From contig JAWQFM010000011.1 of assembly GCA_033442325.1 (NCBI GenBank), forward strand, positions 616,750 through 680,703: a DNA stretch of 63,954 bases. Reading direction: 5' to 3'. Within the stretch, counting starts at the first letter, position 1, and the number at the start of each line of letters is the position of its first letter. This DNA comes from Salpingoeca rosetta (Eukaryota; Protista; Choanoflagellata). Below are positions 1 through 13,796 of this stretch, one piece after another. Below the pieces are notes generated by a model. That model searched no databases. It saw nothing but the letters and a program-made list of their open reading frames with translations, and was not told where the DNA came from. Position numbers and translations under genes: made by a program.

Positions 1-3000
1 CGCACACACACACACACACGCACAGTCACACAATACCTGCTGGGTGACGAGGGCAATGTGTTTCCTGAGGTGGCCCGGGTCAATCTTCTCCGCGTCCACG
101 CCGTCCACCAGGATCTTGCCGCCAACGGGCGAGTAGAACCGCTCAATCAGCGAAATCATCGTACTCTTGCCACACCCGCTCTGGCCGACCAGGGCAATCG
201 TCTTGCCGGGCTCCACCGAGAGGTTCAGCTTGGACAGCACCTGCGCATCGGGGCGCGTCGGGTACACAAAGTCGACGTCCTTGAACTCAACGCGACCCGT
301 AATCTCGGGCCGCACGTACTTCTTCTCCGCCTCGGCCTCTTGCTCCTCCTTGTGCGTCTCGATCATCGTGTACAGGCGACCAGCCGCTTGCTTTGCCTGA
401 GTGCGTGCGTTGCGTGCGTTGCGTGTGTTGGCAAGAAAGGGAGGATAAGGAGGGTCAGAATCGTGAAGTGGGCATGGTTGTGTTTGGTGAGGGCGTGGTA
501 GTGGACCTGTGCACGCGCGCTGACACGAGTGTGCAAGCACGCAGTCCATGCCATGCACGCCACTGTTGCGTCAAAGCCCTCACCTTGACGACATCAGGAG
601 CAAGCGTGGTGGCTTGACCGGCAAAAATGCCCATGAAGATGATGGACACTACAGCAAGTCAGAAGTGGAAGCAATCACCGACACACATGAACATGGTGAG
701 TGACGTGTGCGTTTGCAATTCAAGAACGCAACGCACGAGCGAATGAAGGGCGAACAGAAGTGGCAGATGGAGAGACCAAATCACCAGGCAGAGAAGCAAC
801 CGCGCACACAGGCACACGTGCAATTGTACGAACTTTGAGCGGTGAACATTTCTCTGAAACCGCAGAAGCCGTCGTCAACGACCTCGCTGCCGTACCAGAA
901 GGCGAGCGCCCACACGGCAAACATGCTGGTTGTTTGGTGAAGAGAGGAAAGCACAGGTCATTCGATGAGTGAGGGCGACAAAATTCACCGTCAACTCACA
1001 ACACACACCAATGACGGCAATGAATGTGCGCTACCACTGCGACGTCACACCAGAATTGAGCAAAGCCGAATGCAAGGCCCTGAATCTGGGCTGTCTTCTT
1101 CATCACAGCACTAGGGAGCACGAGCGTGTCAAAGTAGTCCTGCACAAATGTGTCCAGTCGACCTGGCGGGGATGCGCAGCGACAAGATGAGCGAAATGTG
1201 AGTGTGAAGGCACCACGTGCATGACGTGAATGGAACTTTGCATGCCAGACACGACATTGTTGAGATGTCATGGTGCATGTGCACACCAGCCCACGGCCCA
1301 CAAACGCACAAATACACAAACACACAACGCACCAAGGGAGGCGACGGTGCGAACTTCCTCGACAGCGAGACTGGCAAACTTCCCAGAGCGCTCAAAGGCC
1401 TTGCCCGTTGAGAAGCCACTGATCATCTTGTACTTCATCACGCCTGCACATGTGTGTGGGGGGGGGGGGAGGTAGAAAATGTACAAGCGTTAACAATGGC
1501 AGGGCATGCAAGCAGCAAGCGAGACAGGTGACGATGACGATCATGGGGAAACGAGGGTCTGACTTGCACGCACTTGCAAATGCGGTGACGGGAAATGTGG
1601 CGAGGACGACGAGTGCGACGCGCCAGCAGTAGATACAGGCAGCCGTCATGCACCCAATCACTGGTGATGAGACAAAGGAGTGATGAAACATGATGAGTCG
1701 GCAAGGGAGAACACGCGTACATACGCACGCACATGCACGCACACGCGTACACACGCACGCAGACAGACTCACTCAACACACACAAACACACACACACACA
1801 GACACACACATATACACACATGCACACAGGCACACACACATACAAACACGCGCGCGCACACACAATGCGCGCACAAACATCCACACACAGTCACACATAC
1901 ACACAGGCACACGCAAACACGCACGAGTGCGCACCTGTGAATGCAATGCGGACGGCAACGCCGAGCTGGTCGCCGAGAGCGCCGCGAACAGCAGAGGCGT
2001 CGGACGACAGGCGCGTGGTGAGAATGCCGCGGGAGTGGCGCGGGTCATCGTACCACCCGGCAGACTTGCTCACCATCACTCGGAACACCATGTCGCGCAA
2101 CCGCATCGTCAGCCGCTCACCGGCAATCGCCAGAAAGTGGAACTTGCCCACTTGCACGAAGAACATCAGCACAGCCATGCCAACAAAGGCGCCCGCAAAC
2201 GCATTCACGCGCTTCTGACTGTTGTCGTCGTTGAGCACGCCAACCAGCTCTGCCAGCAGCACGGCGTTGGCTGCGGACAACAGGCCCTCCAGCGCTGCGC
2301 ACGTGCTCCCGGACAGCAGTTGTGGCAGCTCCTTCCGGTTCAGCTCAAAGGCCCAGCCCACCATGCTGCGGTCAACCTTTGGCGCCTCCTCGCTGTCGTT
2401 GTCACCGGACTCGTCCATGTCCGCCGTCAGCTTCACCTCCACCGCCTTGGTGTTCTGTGCTGAGGAGAGCGACGATGACGCATTTGCCAGCGCCGCTGGT
2501 TTGCTGCTGTCGCTCATGTCGAGCTCTTCTGTCAGCAGCTTGCTGGCCGCCTTGCCCGCGTCGAGGGACATGCGACCACGCAGGTTTGCGTTCTTGTTGG
2601 CGCTGCTGCCGTTGTCGTCGCCGCTGTGGCCGTGCTGTGCCTGCACCATGCGGTAGAAGGCGCCCTGCTGGTCAAGCAGCTCCTGCGGCGAGCCAGCCTC
2701 CACCACACGCCCGTGGTCAATCACTACAATCTTGTCTGCAGAGAACACCGTGGACAGGCGGTGCGCAATCATGATGGTGGTGCGGCCGGTCGATGCCCGG
2801 TCAAGCGCCTCCTTCACAATCGCCTCGCTCTCGTTGTCCAGCGCGCTGGAGTGGGGGAGGTGGGAGAGGAAAGAGAGGGTGCGGGCGCGAATGAACAAGG
2901 TGAGTGGTTGTGGAAGGGGAAAGCACAAGCGCGTGTGGGCCCAATAAATACCCGTACAACAACAACAACAGCAACAGCAACACACACACTCATAAACACA

Positions 3001-3840
3001 CACACGCGCGCACGCCACACACACCACACACACGCACACACACACGCACACACACACACACCTGGTTGCTTCGTCGAGGAGGAGGATGTTTGGGGCTTTG
3101 ATGAGAGCGCGAGCAATGGCAATGCGTTGCCGCTATCAGGCGCACCAGCAAATCAATAATGCACGCGTGTGTGCGTGTGTACAGCAGTGTGAGGGGAGGC
3201 GGAGAAGGAAACAAACGGCGCGTACACACCACAATGTCCGGACCCACCACCACCACTGCCACTACCACGATGATGGGTCCTGACCTGTCCGCCGGAGAGC
3301 TGTGTGCCGGAGTCGCCGACCATGGTGTTGTATCCGTCAGGCAGCGCCATGATGAAGTCGTGCGCATTCGCCATCCTGGAGACACGTCGCCGCGCGACAT
3401 GGCATGATGTGAGGGCGGCAGTGACAAGATTGGAGGAGGGGGCTGAATGGGAGCATACCGTACGCATGCGTCACTAACAGTGATACACCACCTTCAACAC
3501 ACACACACACACACACANNNNNNNNNNNNNNNNNNNNNNNNNNNNNNNNNNNNNNNNNNNNNNNNNNNNNNNNNNNNNNNNNNNNNNNNNNNNNNNNNNN
3601 NNNNNNNNNNNNNNNNNCTAATAGTTCTGTCCTGACAAAAAAAAAAAAAAAAAAGTTGTGCTGGTTTTCGCCGCCTGTTGTGCTACATTTCTACCAGGTT
3701 AAGGTGTGTTGCTTATTCGGCACTGGAAAAGCCTTGGAAGATTATAAGTAGATAGTGACTCTCGATATTGACGCACATTGTCCTATACATTACATAAAAG
3801 CATCAAGAAGAGAGGCATAATTAACACTGATGTATCAACT

Positions 3841-3939
<99 letters not shown>

Positions 3940-4791
3940 ACACACACACACACACACGCACACACGCACACAAACCGTCACACATCCACTCGCGCGTTCC
4001 CCCTCCCCAACACAAGCAACAAAACAAACACACCCGCCCTGCCCTGCCCACCTCACCTTGCGGCGCTGTGGACCTCGTGCTCTGTTGCATCGTCCTTGCC
4101 AAGCGCAATGTTGTCTGCGATGGTGGTGGGGAACAGCACCGGGGTCTGGCTCACCAGGCCAATCTGTGACCGCAGCCACTGGATGTTGAGCTTGCGGATG
4201 TCTGTTCCGTCGAGCTCAATGCTGCCTGCCGTCGGGTCGTAGAAGCGCTCCAGCATGGCGACGGTCGTGGACTTTCCGCAGCCGGACGCGCCGACCAGCG
4301 CCACCGTCTCCTGCGGCTTCACCTCGATGTTGAGCTTGTGCAGGATCTGCTCGTCAGGGCGGGTCGGGTAGGTGAAGTCGACGTCCTTGAAGCGGATGTG
4401 GCCCGTGAGTTTGGAGGGCACAGTGCCTTCCTCGGACAGCGAGTCAATCTCGGACGGGCGGTCGATGATGTCGAAGATGGCGCGCGCAGCACCGCGGCCA
4501 GCAGCCATCACCTTGATGTTGGGCGTTGCCTGGCCAATCGAGGTGGCTGCGATGATGACTGAGAAGAACACCGTCAACACCTGCCCAGCCGTCAAGTCGC
4601 CCTCCCCAACAAGGTATGACCCAAACCAGAACGTCACGGCGTAGGTCAAGTAGATCATCATAAACGTGAAGCCCATGCCTGCCGTGGTTTTGTTGATGAC
4701 GAGGAAGGATGTTGTCGGGAGTGAGTGGTGATTGTGATGGTGGTCGTGTGAGGACAGGAGAGGAAGAAACGATTCAGAGGCTCACTGCATG

Positions 4792-4834
<43 letters not shown>

Positions 4835-5539
4835 CTCTCTCTCTCTCTCATGCACTCCCACAAACACCCCCCCCCCAAATACGCACCACAGCCCTGGATG
4901 AGACCACCGCGCTCGCCGGCCTTGCGTGCGCCCTCGAGCTCCTTGTGGTAGCGCTCCACCTCGCGGTCCTGCGTGTCAAAGGCAATGACGGTGCGGATCA
5001 TGCGAATCACTTCATCTGCAACGCTGCCCGCCGCTGCGTAGAAGCCCTGCCCGCCCGAGGACGCCTGTGCAATGTACTTGCCCATGATTGCCGAGCCTGT
5101 GGGTTGTGATGGTGGTGGTGATGGTGGTGGTGGTGGTGGTGGTGGCAGCGTGAATGGCATGAATAGCGCGGACGAGACGAAAAAAGAACAGAGCAATGCA
5201 ATGGGGATGCGATGGAAATGCTGTGATGAAGGGATCACACACACATGCACAGACAACAGCAGATACATACGCACATACAAACACACGCACCAATGGCGAT
5301 GAGAGGGACCATGCCCGTGGTGACCAGCGTCAGTTTCCAGCCATACACAAAGCCTACAACGTATCCAGCTGCAGACGACAGAGTGGGAGGGGGAGGAGAG
5401 GAAGGAGAGGGAGGAGAGGGAGGAGAGGGAGGAGAGGGGGAGGTGTCATAAGGTGAGGTGAGCTGAATGCATACTGGCAAAGTGCATCCTGCATGATGCA
5501 ACCATGCATGCACGAGCAAGCGCGACACACGCACGCACG

Positions 5540-5623
<84 letters not shown>

Positions 5624-5980
5624 GCAAGCACGCAAGCACAGCGCGTTGCTTACCGAGGAACATGCCGAGGAACTGGAGGAAGCTGGCGACCTTGTCACCT
5701 AGCGCCTCTTGGATCTGGGGAACGTCGCTGGAGATGCGGGAGGAGAGGGCGCCGGTCTTCTGCTGGTCATACCAGGCCATCTCCTGGCGCACCAGGGCCT
5801 TGAAGTACAGCTTGCGGATGCGCAGGCTCTGGCGCTCAGCGGCCAGCGTGAACGCCGCCACTTGCACGTACGCCGTCACTGCGCCAGCACACGCCAGGTA
5901 CAAAATGATCTTCGCTGTGTCGCCCACGCTGTCCAGCAGCTTGCTCTGATCTGCGGTTGCGCTGAAGCTGTCAATGACCT
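1..5980 (-). repeat. Left arm of inverted duplication (ABCB copy A)
   Basis: About 1935-5872 is the near-exact reverse complement of about 44945-48485 including introns, and 37-397 matches about 50070-50430. The ORF track shows identical peptides for both arms. Confidence 0.95.
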
Positions 5981-6750
5981 GGTTGGCGTGTGTATGCGGT
6001 TGGTAGTTCTGCAATGAGCATGCGCTACACATATGCGCGCACATTGATGCTGGCACGTTCATCCACACACCCGACATTCGCGCAAGCGTGACTTACATCG
6101 CCCATGAACACCACGAATGTCGGGGACAGGGCGCCGTGGATCAGTGCGCAAATGGATCCCGTGATAACAAGAAACCAGTCCTGGAGTGAGTAAGAGACAC
6201 CGATGAACACGGAGAGCGTGTTGAGTGAGTAAATGGGCGTGGTGAACGTGTTGGGTGAGCGGGTGAGTGTGGTGAGTGGGTGAGTGAGCGGGTGTGTTGA
6301 GTGAGAGACAAGACGACGAAAAGAACATCAGGTGGCGGATGCACGTGCTTAACTCACAAAGCCATCGGCGTAGCGATACAGGCTCAGGTATGGCACAGGA
6401 GGCAGGTCTTCGGCCTCCTTGGCTTGGTTCTTGTCAATTTCGCCGCCTTGGCTGTTCTCGCCATTCTTGGCAGCCTTCCTGGCATCTCTGCGCCCTGCAA
6501 ATCCACCATCACCCATTCGGCTGTGTGAGATCCCAAGCACCGGCAAGCAAGCACTGCACGCACGTCTACGTGTGCACATGCGCGCATGCGTGGCGCACAT
6601 CAATGCACACGCACACACGCACACACGCACACATGCACACGCACACATGCACACACGCACACACGCACACAGACATACAGACAAACACACACACACACAC
6701 ACACATAAACCAAACACACACACACATCCATGCGACTCACGGCGACCCAT
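37..6750 (-). CDS. ABCB/MDR (P-glycoprotein-like) full transporter, copy A; multi-exon, 3' end beyond the left edge
   Basis: ATG at 6750 (ATGGGTCGCC|GTGAGT). Spliced exons give TMD1, NBD1 (Walker A GASGCGKS, signature LSGGQ, Walker [14 protein letters not shown]-loop IAHRLST), TMD2, and the start of NBD2 (GQSGCGKS, exon 37-397). Confidence 0.96.
3518..3617. other. Assembly gap
   Basis: N run. Confidence 1.
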
Positions 6751-6791
6751 GGTGATGTGCTCGCGTGCAACTGTTTGGTCTTGGCTTTTGG

Positions 6792-6896
<105 letters not shown>

Positions 6897-7293
6897 GGCT
6901 CCGAAGAAGAAGCAGGTGCACACGTGTGCATGAGCGATGGCAGGAGGTAAATGAACAGACGGCACACGCTCAGCAGCCAAACATCAACACCACACCTGTG
7001 TCCGGCATCATCTGACGCGTGCCGATTGTTTACGCAAAACATTGTTCATTTTTCTGCATCGCTGGCTGCTCGCATCATCTTTGGGCATCATCACCATGCT
7101 GGCGTGGTGGCCGTTAGCGTTGCGTCGTGCGGCAGTGGTAGTGGGGCTGTGCAAAGCCGCAAGGCTGCAAGCGGGCGAGCCAACCATGCGTATGTCTCTG
7201 GTGCCTGGGAGAAAAAAAAACAAGCAGCAGCTCACCCCGTGCGTCTGTGGCTCTGCGCTTTGGTTGTCTGCGTCTCTTCTTGCTTGTTGCCAA

Positions 7294-8860
7294 GTCCGCT
7301 TCCGCCGGTGGAAAGTTGATTGAAAACATCAACAAACTCTCGGAGGCGAAGGACAGTTGCGGGTTTGGTTGTGTCACAGCAGAACTGCTGCTGCCATTGT
7401 TCCCTTGCTTGCTTGCTCGTCCTACCTTCACTCTTGCACTTCTTCTTGCTTCTTGTGTGACTCCGCTTCAGCCAGTAGCAGCTCAAGATGACAGACTTTG
7501 CGACGCGCATGACACAGGCAGCGCTTGATCTCAACACCCAGAAGCTGTTGCTGTCGGTGGCCGACAATTCCTGCGGCACTCTCGTCGCGTGCGTTGGCCC
7601 GTGCAAACAACCTGTAGTGCTGCAGAAGGAGATATGCTAGTGTTCGTGCGTCGTGTCACGAGTGCCGGATCTGCTCTGTCCGCTTGTGCTGCAGTGTGAA
7701 CTGCTCTTCTCTTTTCTTCCGCCTTGTGGAGGGCGTTGTACCTCGTTCTCGTTGGAACCTTTATACAATTTCTTACTTGGCAGCCACCACCTTCCACTTC
7801 CACATTGCACTTCACTTCAAGGTTGAGCGGGAAAAAGCTCGGCGATGCGGGTATGGCATATGTGGCAGAGGCCCTTCAGAAGAACAAGGTCATCGACTGG
7901 CTGGAGTAAGCTATCCCGCATCTCTTCCTGCTCTTGCCAACAGTTCAAACCACAACAAGCGAACGAACCGTTGTTCTGCTTCCCCCAGCAGCCATACAAT
8001 GTCATTGCACCACAGCATCGCTGCAGCGCTACCTCCATTACGCACTTAACTGCTGCATTGTACGCTTGCGGTGGTCATCCCGTCGCTGCTTCTTCCCGAT
8101 CACAAGCGTTTGCTCACGCGTGACATGCGTTCTTTGTTCGTTCCTCTCTGTTCGTTCCTCTATGTGTTACTGTTGCGTCGTTCAGCTTGACAAACAACGC
8201 CATCACGTCCGACGGCGTTAAGGCGCTCGCTGACACGCTGACGGCCCACGAGACACTTTGCACGTTGACGTTCGTCTCCACATCCATCCTCCTGCTGTGC
8301 AATATCTGCGTGCTTCCATTTGTTTCCCAAGACCTATGGTGTTCCCCCTTGATGTTGCATATCGCCCTAGCACCACGAATCAGAGGCATTTCAAGCGCAG
8401 TGCTCACACTCTGTGATGCGACCATGTCTTTTTCTCCTTTTGCATGACATCTTCGTCTTCGTCTCAGCCTCACTGACAATGACATTGACGACGAAGGCGC
8501 AAGGACTCTGGCAACGGTGGTGGGAAGCAACCCCAACATCAACACTCTCTCGTAAGTGCAAATGGCCTCAAAGTAAGGTAGCACTGAAATTATTGCTCTT
8601 GCATCCTAGCAACCTGCAGACTGGTATTGCCCACTCCTTCCTTGTTTCGGGCCACACCTCATTCCTTCTCTCCTCTCTTTATGCCATCCACACCACTTTT
8701 TTTTTTTTTTGCCACCACGCTTCCAATACCTCTGCGTCTCCATCACTTCCACAGGCTGCATGAGAATGAAAAAATCACGCCTGTTGGCATCAAGGCGATC
8801 CAGGATGCTGTGGCGGACAGACCAGACTTTACTCTTGCCATAGAGACTGGCTCACCATGA
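7294..8860 (+). CDS. Small stand-alone RI/NLRC3-like leucine-rich-repeat protein (4 LRR exons); start codon unresolved
   Basis: Phase-2 exons 7822-7905 (LSGKKLGDAGMAYVAEALQKNKVIDWL), 8186-8269 (LTNNAITSDGVKALADTLTAHETLCTL) and 8468-8551 (LTDNDIDDEGARTLATVVGSNPNINTL) are each 84 nt with AG/GT borders. Terminal exon 8755-8860 reads LHENEKITPVGIKAIQDAVADRPDFTLAIETGSP*. A probable upstream exon at about 7294-7361 reads SASAGGKLIENINKLSEAKDSCG. Confidence 0.88.
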
Positions 8861-9054
8861 TGCGTGGATGTGTACACGCGTGTGTGTGAGTGCGTGCGTG
8901 CGTGCGTGCGTGTGTGTATGTGTGTGTGTGTATGTGTGTGTGTGTATGTGTGTGTGTGTGTGTGTGTCACCGGTTTGCTCTCTTGTTTCCGCTCCTTTCC
9001 CAACAAGCAAACAAAAACCCCGTCAACAATGAAACCGCAAGTCAAAGGGGTTGT

Positions 9055-9219
9055 TTATTCTGAGCTGACAAGCTTCGCAAACGATGCACGCAAGTCTTCC
9101 TCAGGCAAGTTGCGACCTGCACAGGGCACACGAGCAGCGGCAAACGAAACAACGGGAGTGGGGTGAGTACAAGACAAAAGGAGGGTCGGTAGGGAACGCA
9201 CGAAGAACAGCAACCAAAA

Positions 9220-9265
<46 letters not shown>

Positions 9266-10425
9266 ACACACCGATGAAGACGAGGCGGTTGACACGTTCG
9301 GCATCACCCCACTCGGTCGTCTCAGTCTGTCAATATAAAGTGAGGTGAGGTTGACGCAGTGGCAGCACACCAACAAGCGGGTGGCGACGTCGAAGGAGCA
9401 CACGCGCACCCTCTGAGAAGCAAGTCAAGGACAATCACACGCACATGCACACAGACACAGACACAGACACAGACACACACACAGACACAGACACAAACAC
9501 ATAAATGCACATACGCACCCACACCCACACCACACTCGCACCCACACACCCACAAACATGCATACAACACCTTATCGTAGAGCTCGCGCACGGCCTGAAG
9601 AATGTGTCTGTTGTCTGATCCACGAATGGAGAGGACACCCTTCATGCGCAGCACCTCGGCACCCTGATGGGCAGCATCCACGTGGCCATGACGCAATCAA
9701 TGGAAACAGCACGTCATACAAGGTGGTCCGCATGCAGTTGACAACCACACAGACACACGTACACAGCTACACAGATACGCACACACACACAGACACACAA
9801 ACACACAGACGCACACAGACGCACACAGACACACGGCGCTCACATCACCGCCTCCCTGTCTCCGCAGCACCCTCGTGCACGTACGCATGGCTTGTCGTCG
9901 AGTTGCTGTTCCCACAGCAGGTCCTGTATCCAGCGCTCCGCCTCCTCTTCGTCCACACAGCCGGGCAGCGCGATGGTCACCGTTCGTACCTGCAGTAGAA
10001 AGGGAAGGAGCAAAGGAAGCAAAGAGGGGGCGGGGGGCGGCACCGGTAGCGTCGAACGATGAGCCGTGAAGCAGAAACACACATACACACACACAGACAC
10101 AGACACATGCAGACACACAGACACACACAGACACGCAGACACACACAGACACAGAAGCACAGACACAGGCACACGGAGTCACTACGCACGGATGAGTCCA
10201 GGTGCGGGGTGCTGGTGACAGCCTGCGCCTTGAGGTCCTCCAAGCGCTCGTCAGCGTCATACGCGTCGATGCCAAGCACAAACGAAAGGTCCACCCTGCA
10301 ACGTCGTGACGCGCGCGGCGATGGAGGGAAGAGGGACGTGGGTGGTTGAGGTGGTACAGTCGCTTGAGGCATGGAAGGAGAACGAGCAACCTGCTCACTC
10401 TCTCCTTGCCTGCACACATACTTGC

Positions 10426-10517
<92 letters not shown>

Positions 10518-12516
10518 ACCCCACCCTTAACATTTACTCACTTGCTGTAGTTTGTTTCGACGATGAGTGCGGTTGAGTTGATGGCCTGGATGCTCGCCTT
10601 GAGCTCTGCCAGCTCCTGAGACTTGGCAAGGTCGACCTTGTTCAGCACAATCCGGTCCGCCAACGCCACTTGCCTGCAAGCAAAAGCACGCCGAGCGCAT
10701 GACAGCTCACAGCTTGAGTGTACCGTGGGAAGTACTGCTGCCAGCACCTCCGCAGCAGCCACTCACACAACTCACAGCATCCTCAGCCCCGTGCACATTT
10801 CTCCGCACATCCGCAGCAGCCACTCACACAACTCACAGCATCCTCAGCCCCGTGCACATTTCTCCGCACACATCCGCAGCAGCCACTCACACAACTCACA
10901 GCATCCACACCATCCAAGCCATCCACAGCGTCCCCCCCCGCACAGCACACCCACCACACCCACACGTACCTGACAGCCTCGTTGAGGGACCCATCACTGC
11001 GCTCTTCGCCCAGCTGCTTCAAGCCGTACTTGCTGTCAATCACCGTCACAATCCCTGAACATGTTGACGTGGAATGAAGTGGCAGAGTTGGGGGCAAGAT
11101 GAGAAGTGGAAGTTAGAGGCATGGTCAACACAGGTTCAATTTCAACACACGCACACACACGCACACACAAAAAAATGAAAACAAAAAAGAAAAAAGAACA
11201 AAGAAAAATAAAGGAAGTGCAGTGACGCACCGTCGAGTTTGACGTCGCTACAGAGGGCGTCGTCCAGCCAGAACATGGACGCAATTGGACCTGCATGTAC
11301 ACAAGCATATGGTCAGGCAGCGCCCGTGAGGTGAATTGAAGACACGGACACACACAGGCACACAGACACACACACACACACAGACACACACACACACACA
11401 CACACACGCGCGCGCGCGCACACACAGACAGACACTCAGACAGACACACACAAAACCTCACACGCGCAGACCCACAGACTCACACACACGCCATGTTACC
11501 TGGGTCAGCGAGGCCAGTTGTTTCCAAGACAACATAGTCGAAGAGGCCCTTCTTCTTCATCATGTTCTCGATGGCCTTGACGCCCACGTCCCTGCACAAT
11601 ACGCACCGGCGAGATGGTGAACAGCGATGAGCGGTGCCGGAGGAAGAGGGGGGGGGGGTTGCGTTTTGACGAAAGGCACGCCCGCTGGAGCTTGCGTTTT
11701 GACGAATAGCATGACCACTCGACCGCAGCGCGGGCCATTGGAGTGTCATTGCACAGCAAGAGCACAGTGACTCACTTCACGCTGCAGCACAGGCACCCGT
11801 TGCGCAGCTCCAGCCACTCCTCGTACATGGCACCGTCCTGGCCAATGGACATGCTCTTCTCCACGGCACTCCCTAGTCAAGGCGGGGCAGGTCAGCGAGC
11901 GAGTGCTGCATGAGTGAGCCGGCGAGCACAGACGCGAGCCTGCCAGCACATACATTTTTCTCCCCACGCCTTGCATCAACAAAAGCATACTCCAGCGTTT
12001 TCGGGCGCCTCAACACGCATGCGTCGCGCGTGCACACCTTCGCCAAATTCGTTCAGAATGACGGCAATCTTGAGGCCATGGTTCTCTGTGAGGATGTAGT
12101 TGAGGAGGGTGGTCTTGCCGGCACCTGCAACGGACACCACACCGCAACCGACAGCGTGTGAATCACCCAGCGGCAGCCACAGCAGGGTGCGTGTGTGTTG
12201 AAGTGTGTTGAATGTGTGCGAGTGAAAGCTGAGACAAGCACGAGGAGATTCGTGCATGTGTGTATGTGTGTGTGTGTGAGGTCGAGTCGTTTTTGCAAGA
12301 TCTGTATACCAAGATAGCCTGTAAGGATGGTCACGGGAACTGCCTTGGCCTTTTTCTCCTCAATCTCTTGCTGTGCAGTCTGTCAAGGAGAACATGTGGG
12401 CATGTGTGTGTGTGTAGGGTGTTTGTGTGTGCGTGTGTGTAGGGGTGTATGGTTGGGGGTGTTTGTGGGGGTGGGGTGGGGTGGGGTGGTGGTGAATGAG
12501 AGTCGATGACGGAGAC

Positions 12517-12547
<31 letters not shown>

Positions 12548-12778
12548 GACACACAGACAGACACACACAGACACACACACAGACAGACACGCTCCTGCTG
12601 TACCCACGCGCTCCAGCTGACGTTCTATTCCAGATTATATCACCACGAAAGAACGTCGGTAAGTGTAACACCTCACTGCACAAAATTTAAAAATCTTCAG
12701 ATTATACCGCGCAGAAAACCACTAAAACACCGGTAAATTACTTTGTCCGCCTCGCACACACAACAACACAACAACACA

Positions 12779-12831
<53 letters not shown>

Positions 12832-12898
12832 CCTCGTCAACGACAGGCGCAGCGTCGTCGGCCTCCACCAGCTGTGGGACATCGTCGTCCTCCATCAT
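9055..12898 (-). CDS. ZNG1: COG0523/CobW-family Zn-regulated GTPase metallochaperone (CBWD/ZNG1)
   Basis: Spliced motifs [10 protein letters not shown]|[35 protein letters not shown] (CxCC), [19 protein letters not shown], and CobW_C RMKGVL...RLVFIG|RNL; stop at 9055. Confidence 0.96.
10750..10905. repeat. About 61-bp intronic minisatellite, about 2.5 copies (CCGCAGCAGCCACTCACACAACTCACAGCATCC...)
   Basis: Direct tandem copies inside a ZNG1 intron. Confidence 0.9.
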
Positions 12899-13028
12899 CA
12901 CACTCGCACGTAGAACAGCACAGCAGAACCACAGCACTTTCTTCAAGTGATGGCGCAACAATCAGCGGTCGCAAGTCCTGAAAAATGGTAGACAATATCC
13001 ATGAAATTTCGGACAGCAACAGACGCTG
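12899..13028. promoter_or_regulatory. Putative bidirectional promoter ZNG1/anmK (130 bp between start codons)
   Basis: Divergent ATGs at 12898(-) and 13029(+); no specific motif identified. Confidence 0.6.
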
Positions 13029-13765
13029 ATGAGCCGATTCAAAGAAGGAGGCAGCAACCATGGTGCTGTCAGCGATGGTGGTGCAGGAACCCTGTGTATT
13101 GGGTTGATGAGTGGGACGAGCTGCGATGCGATTGATGCTGCTCTCGTGGAGATTCGAGGCGCTGGGTTTGAGACCAGCGTGAGGTTGCTGAAATACATTG
13201 AGGTCGAGCTGGAGGCTGACGTGCGCCAGCGGCTGCTGCGGCTGGGAGCTGGTGATGCCACCACGGCCAGTGAGCTGACGCTGGCCTCCAACGCCCTCGG
13301 TGAAGCGTTTGCCGCTGCTGCCCACGAGGTTGTGCGCCAAGCGGGGAAGCACATGAACGACGTGGCATTCATTGGATCGCACGGCCAGACCGTGTTCCAT
13401 GACCCAGATCACAACGCAACCCTGCAGATTGGATCACCGTTCGTCATCGCTCAACGCACGGGGTGCTGGACCGTGGCAGACTTTCGGCCCGCAGACATGG
13501 CACTCGGTTCGTTGAAGCTTTGTCCTTACTTCTTCTCTTTGTTGTGTCATATCCACAACGAACAAGAAGAGGGAGTTGGAGGAAGTGTAGCTGATTGCTT
13601 GAACCCCCCCCCCGCGCATTGCAAATCTACCACTGCCATGGCCTGCATGGCTTAGCTTGTTTGTATCGGTAACCGATACATCTTCCATGCACACACTCTG
13701 CCTGACGTCACGAACACACACACGCACACACGCACCCACACGTACACACACGCACACACACATAT

Positions 13766-13796
<31 letters not shown>

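Noticed and set aside
10750-10905. CRISPR-like appearance of the 61-bp repeats (also 33742-33863 and about 38970-39050)
   Set aside because: Head-to-tail tandem copies with no unique spacers, intronic, eukaryotic context, no cas genes.
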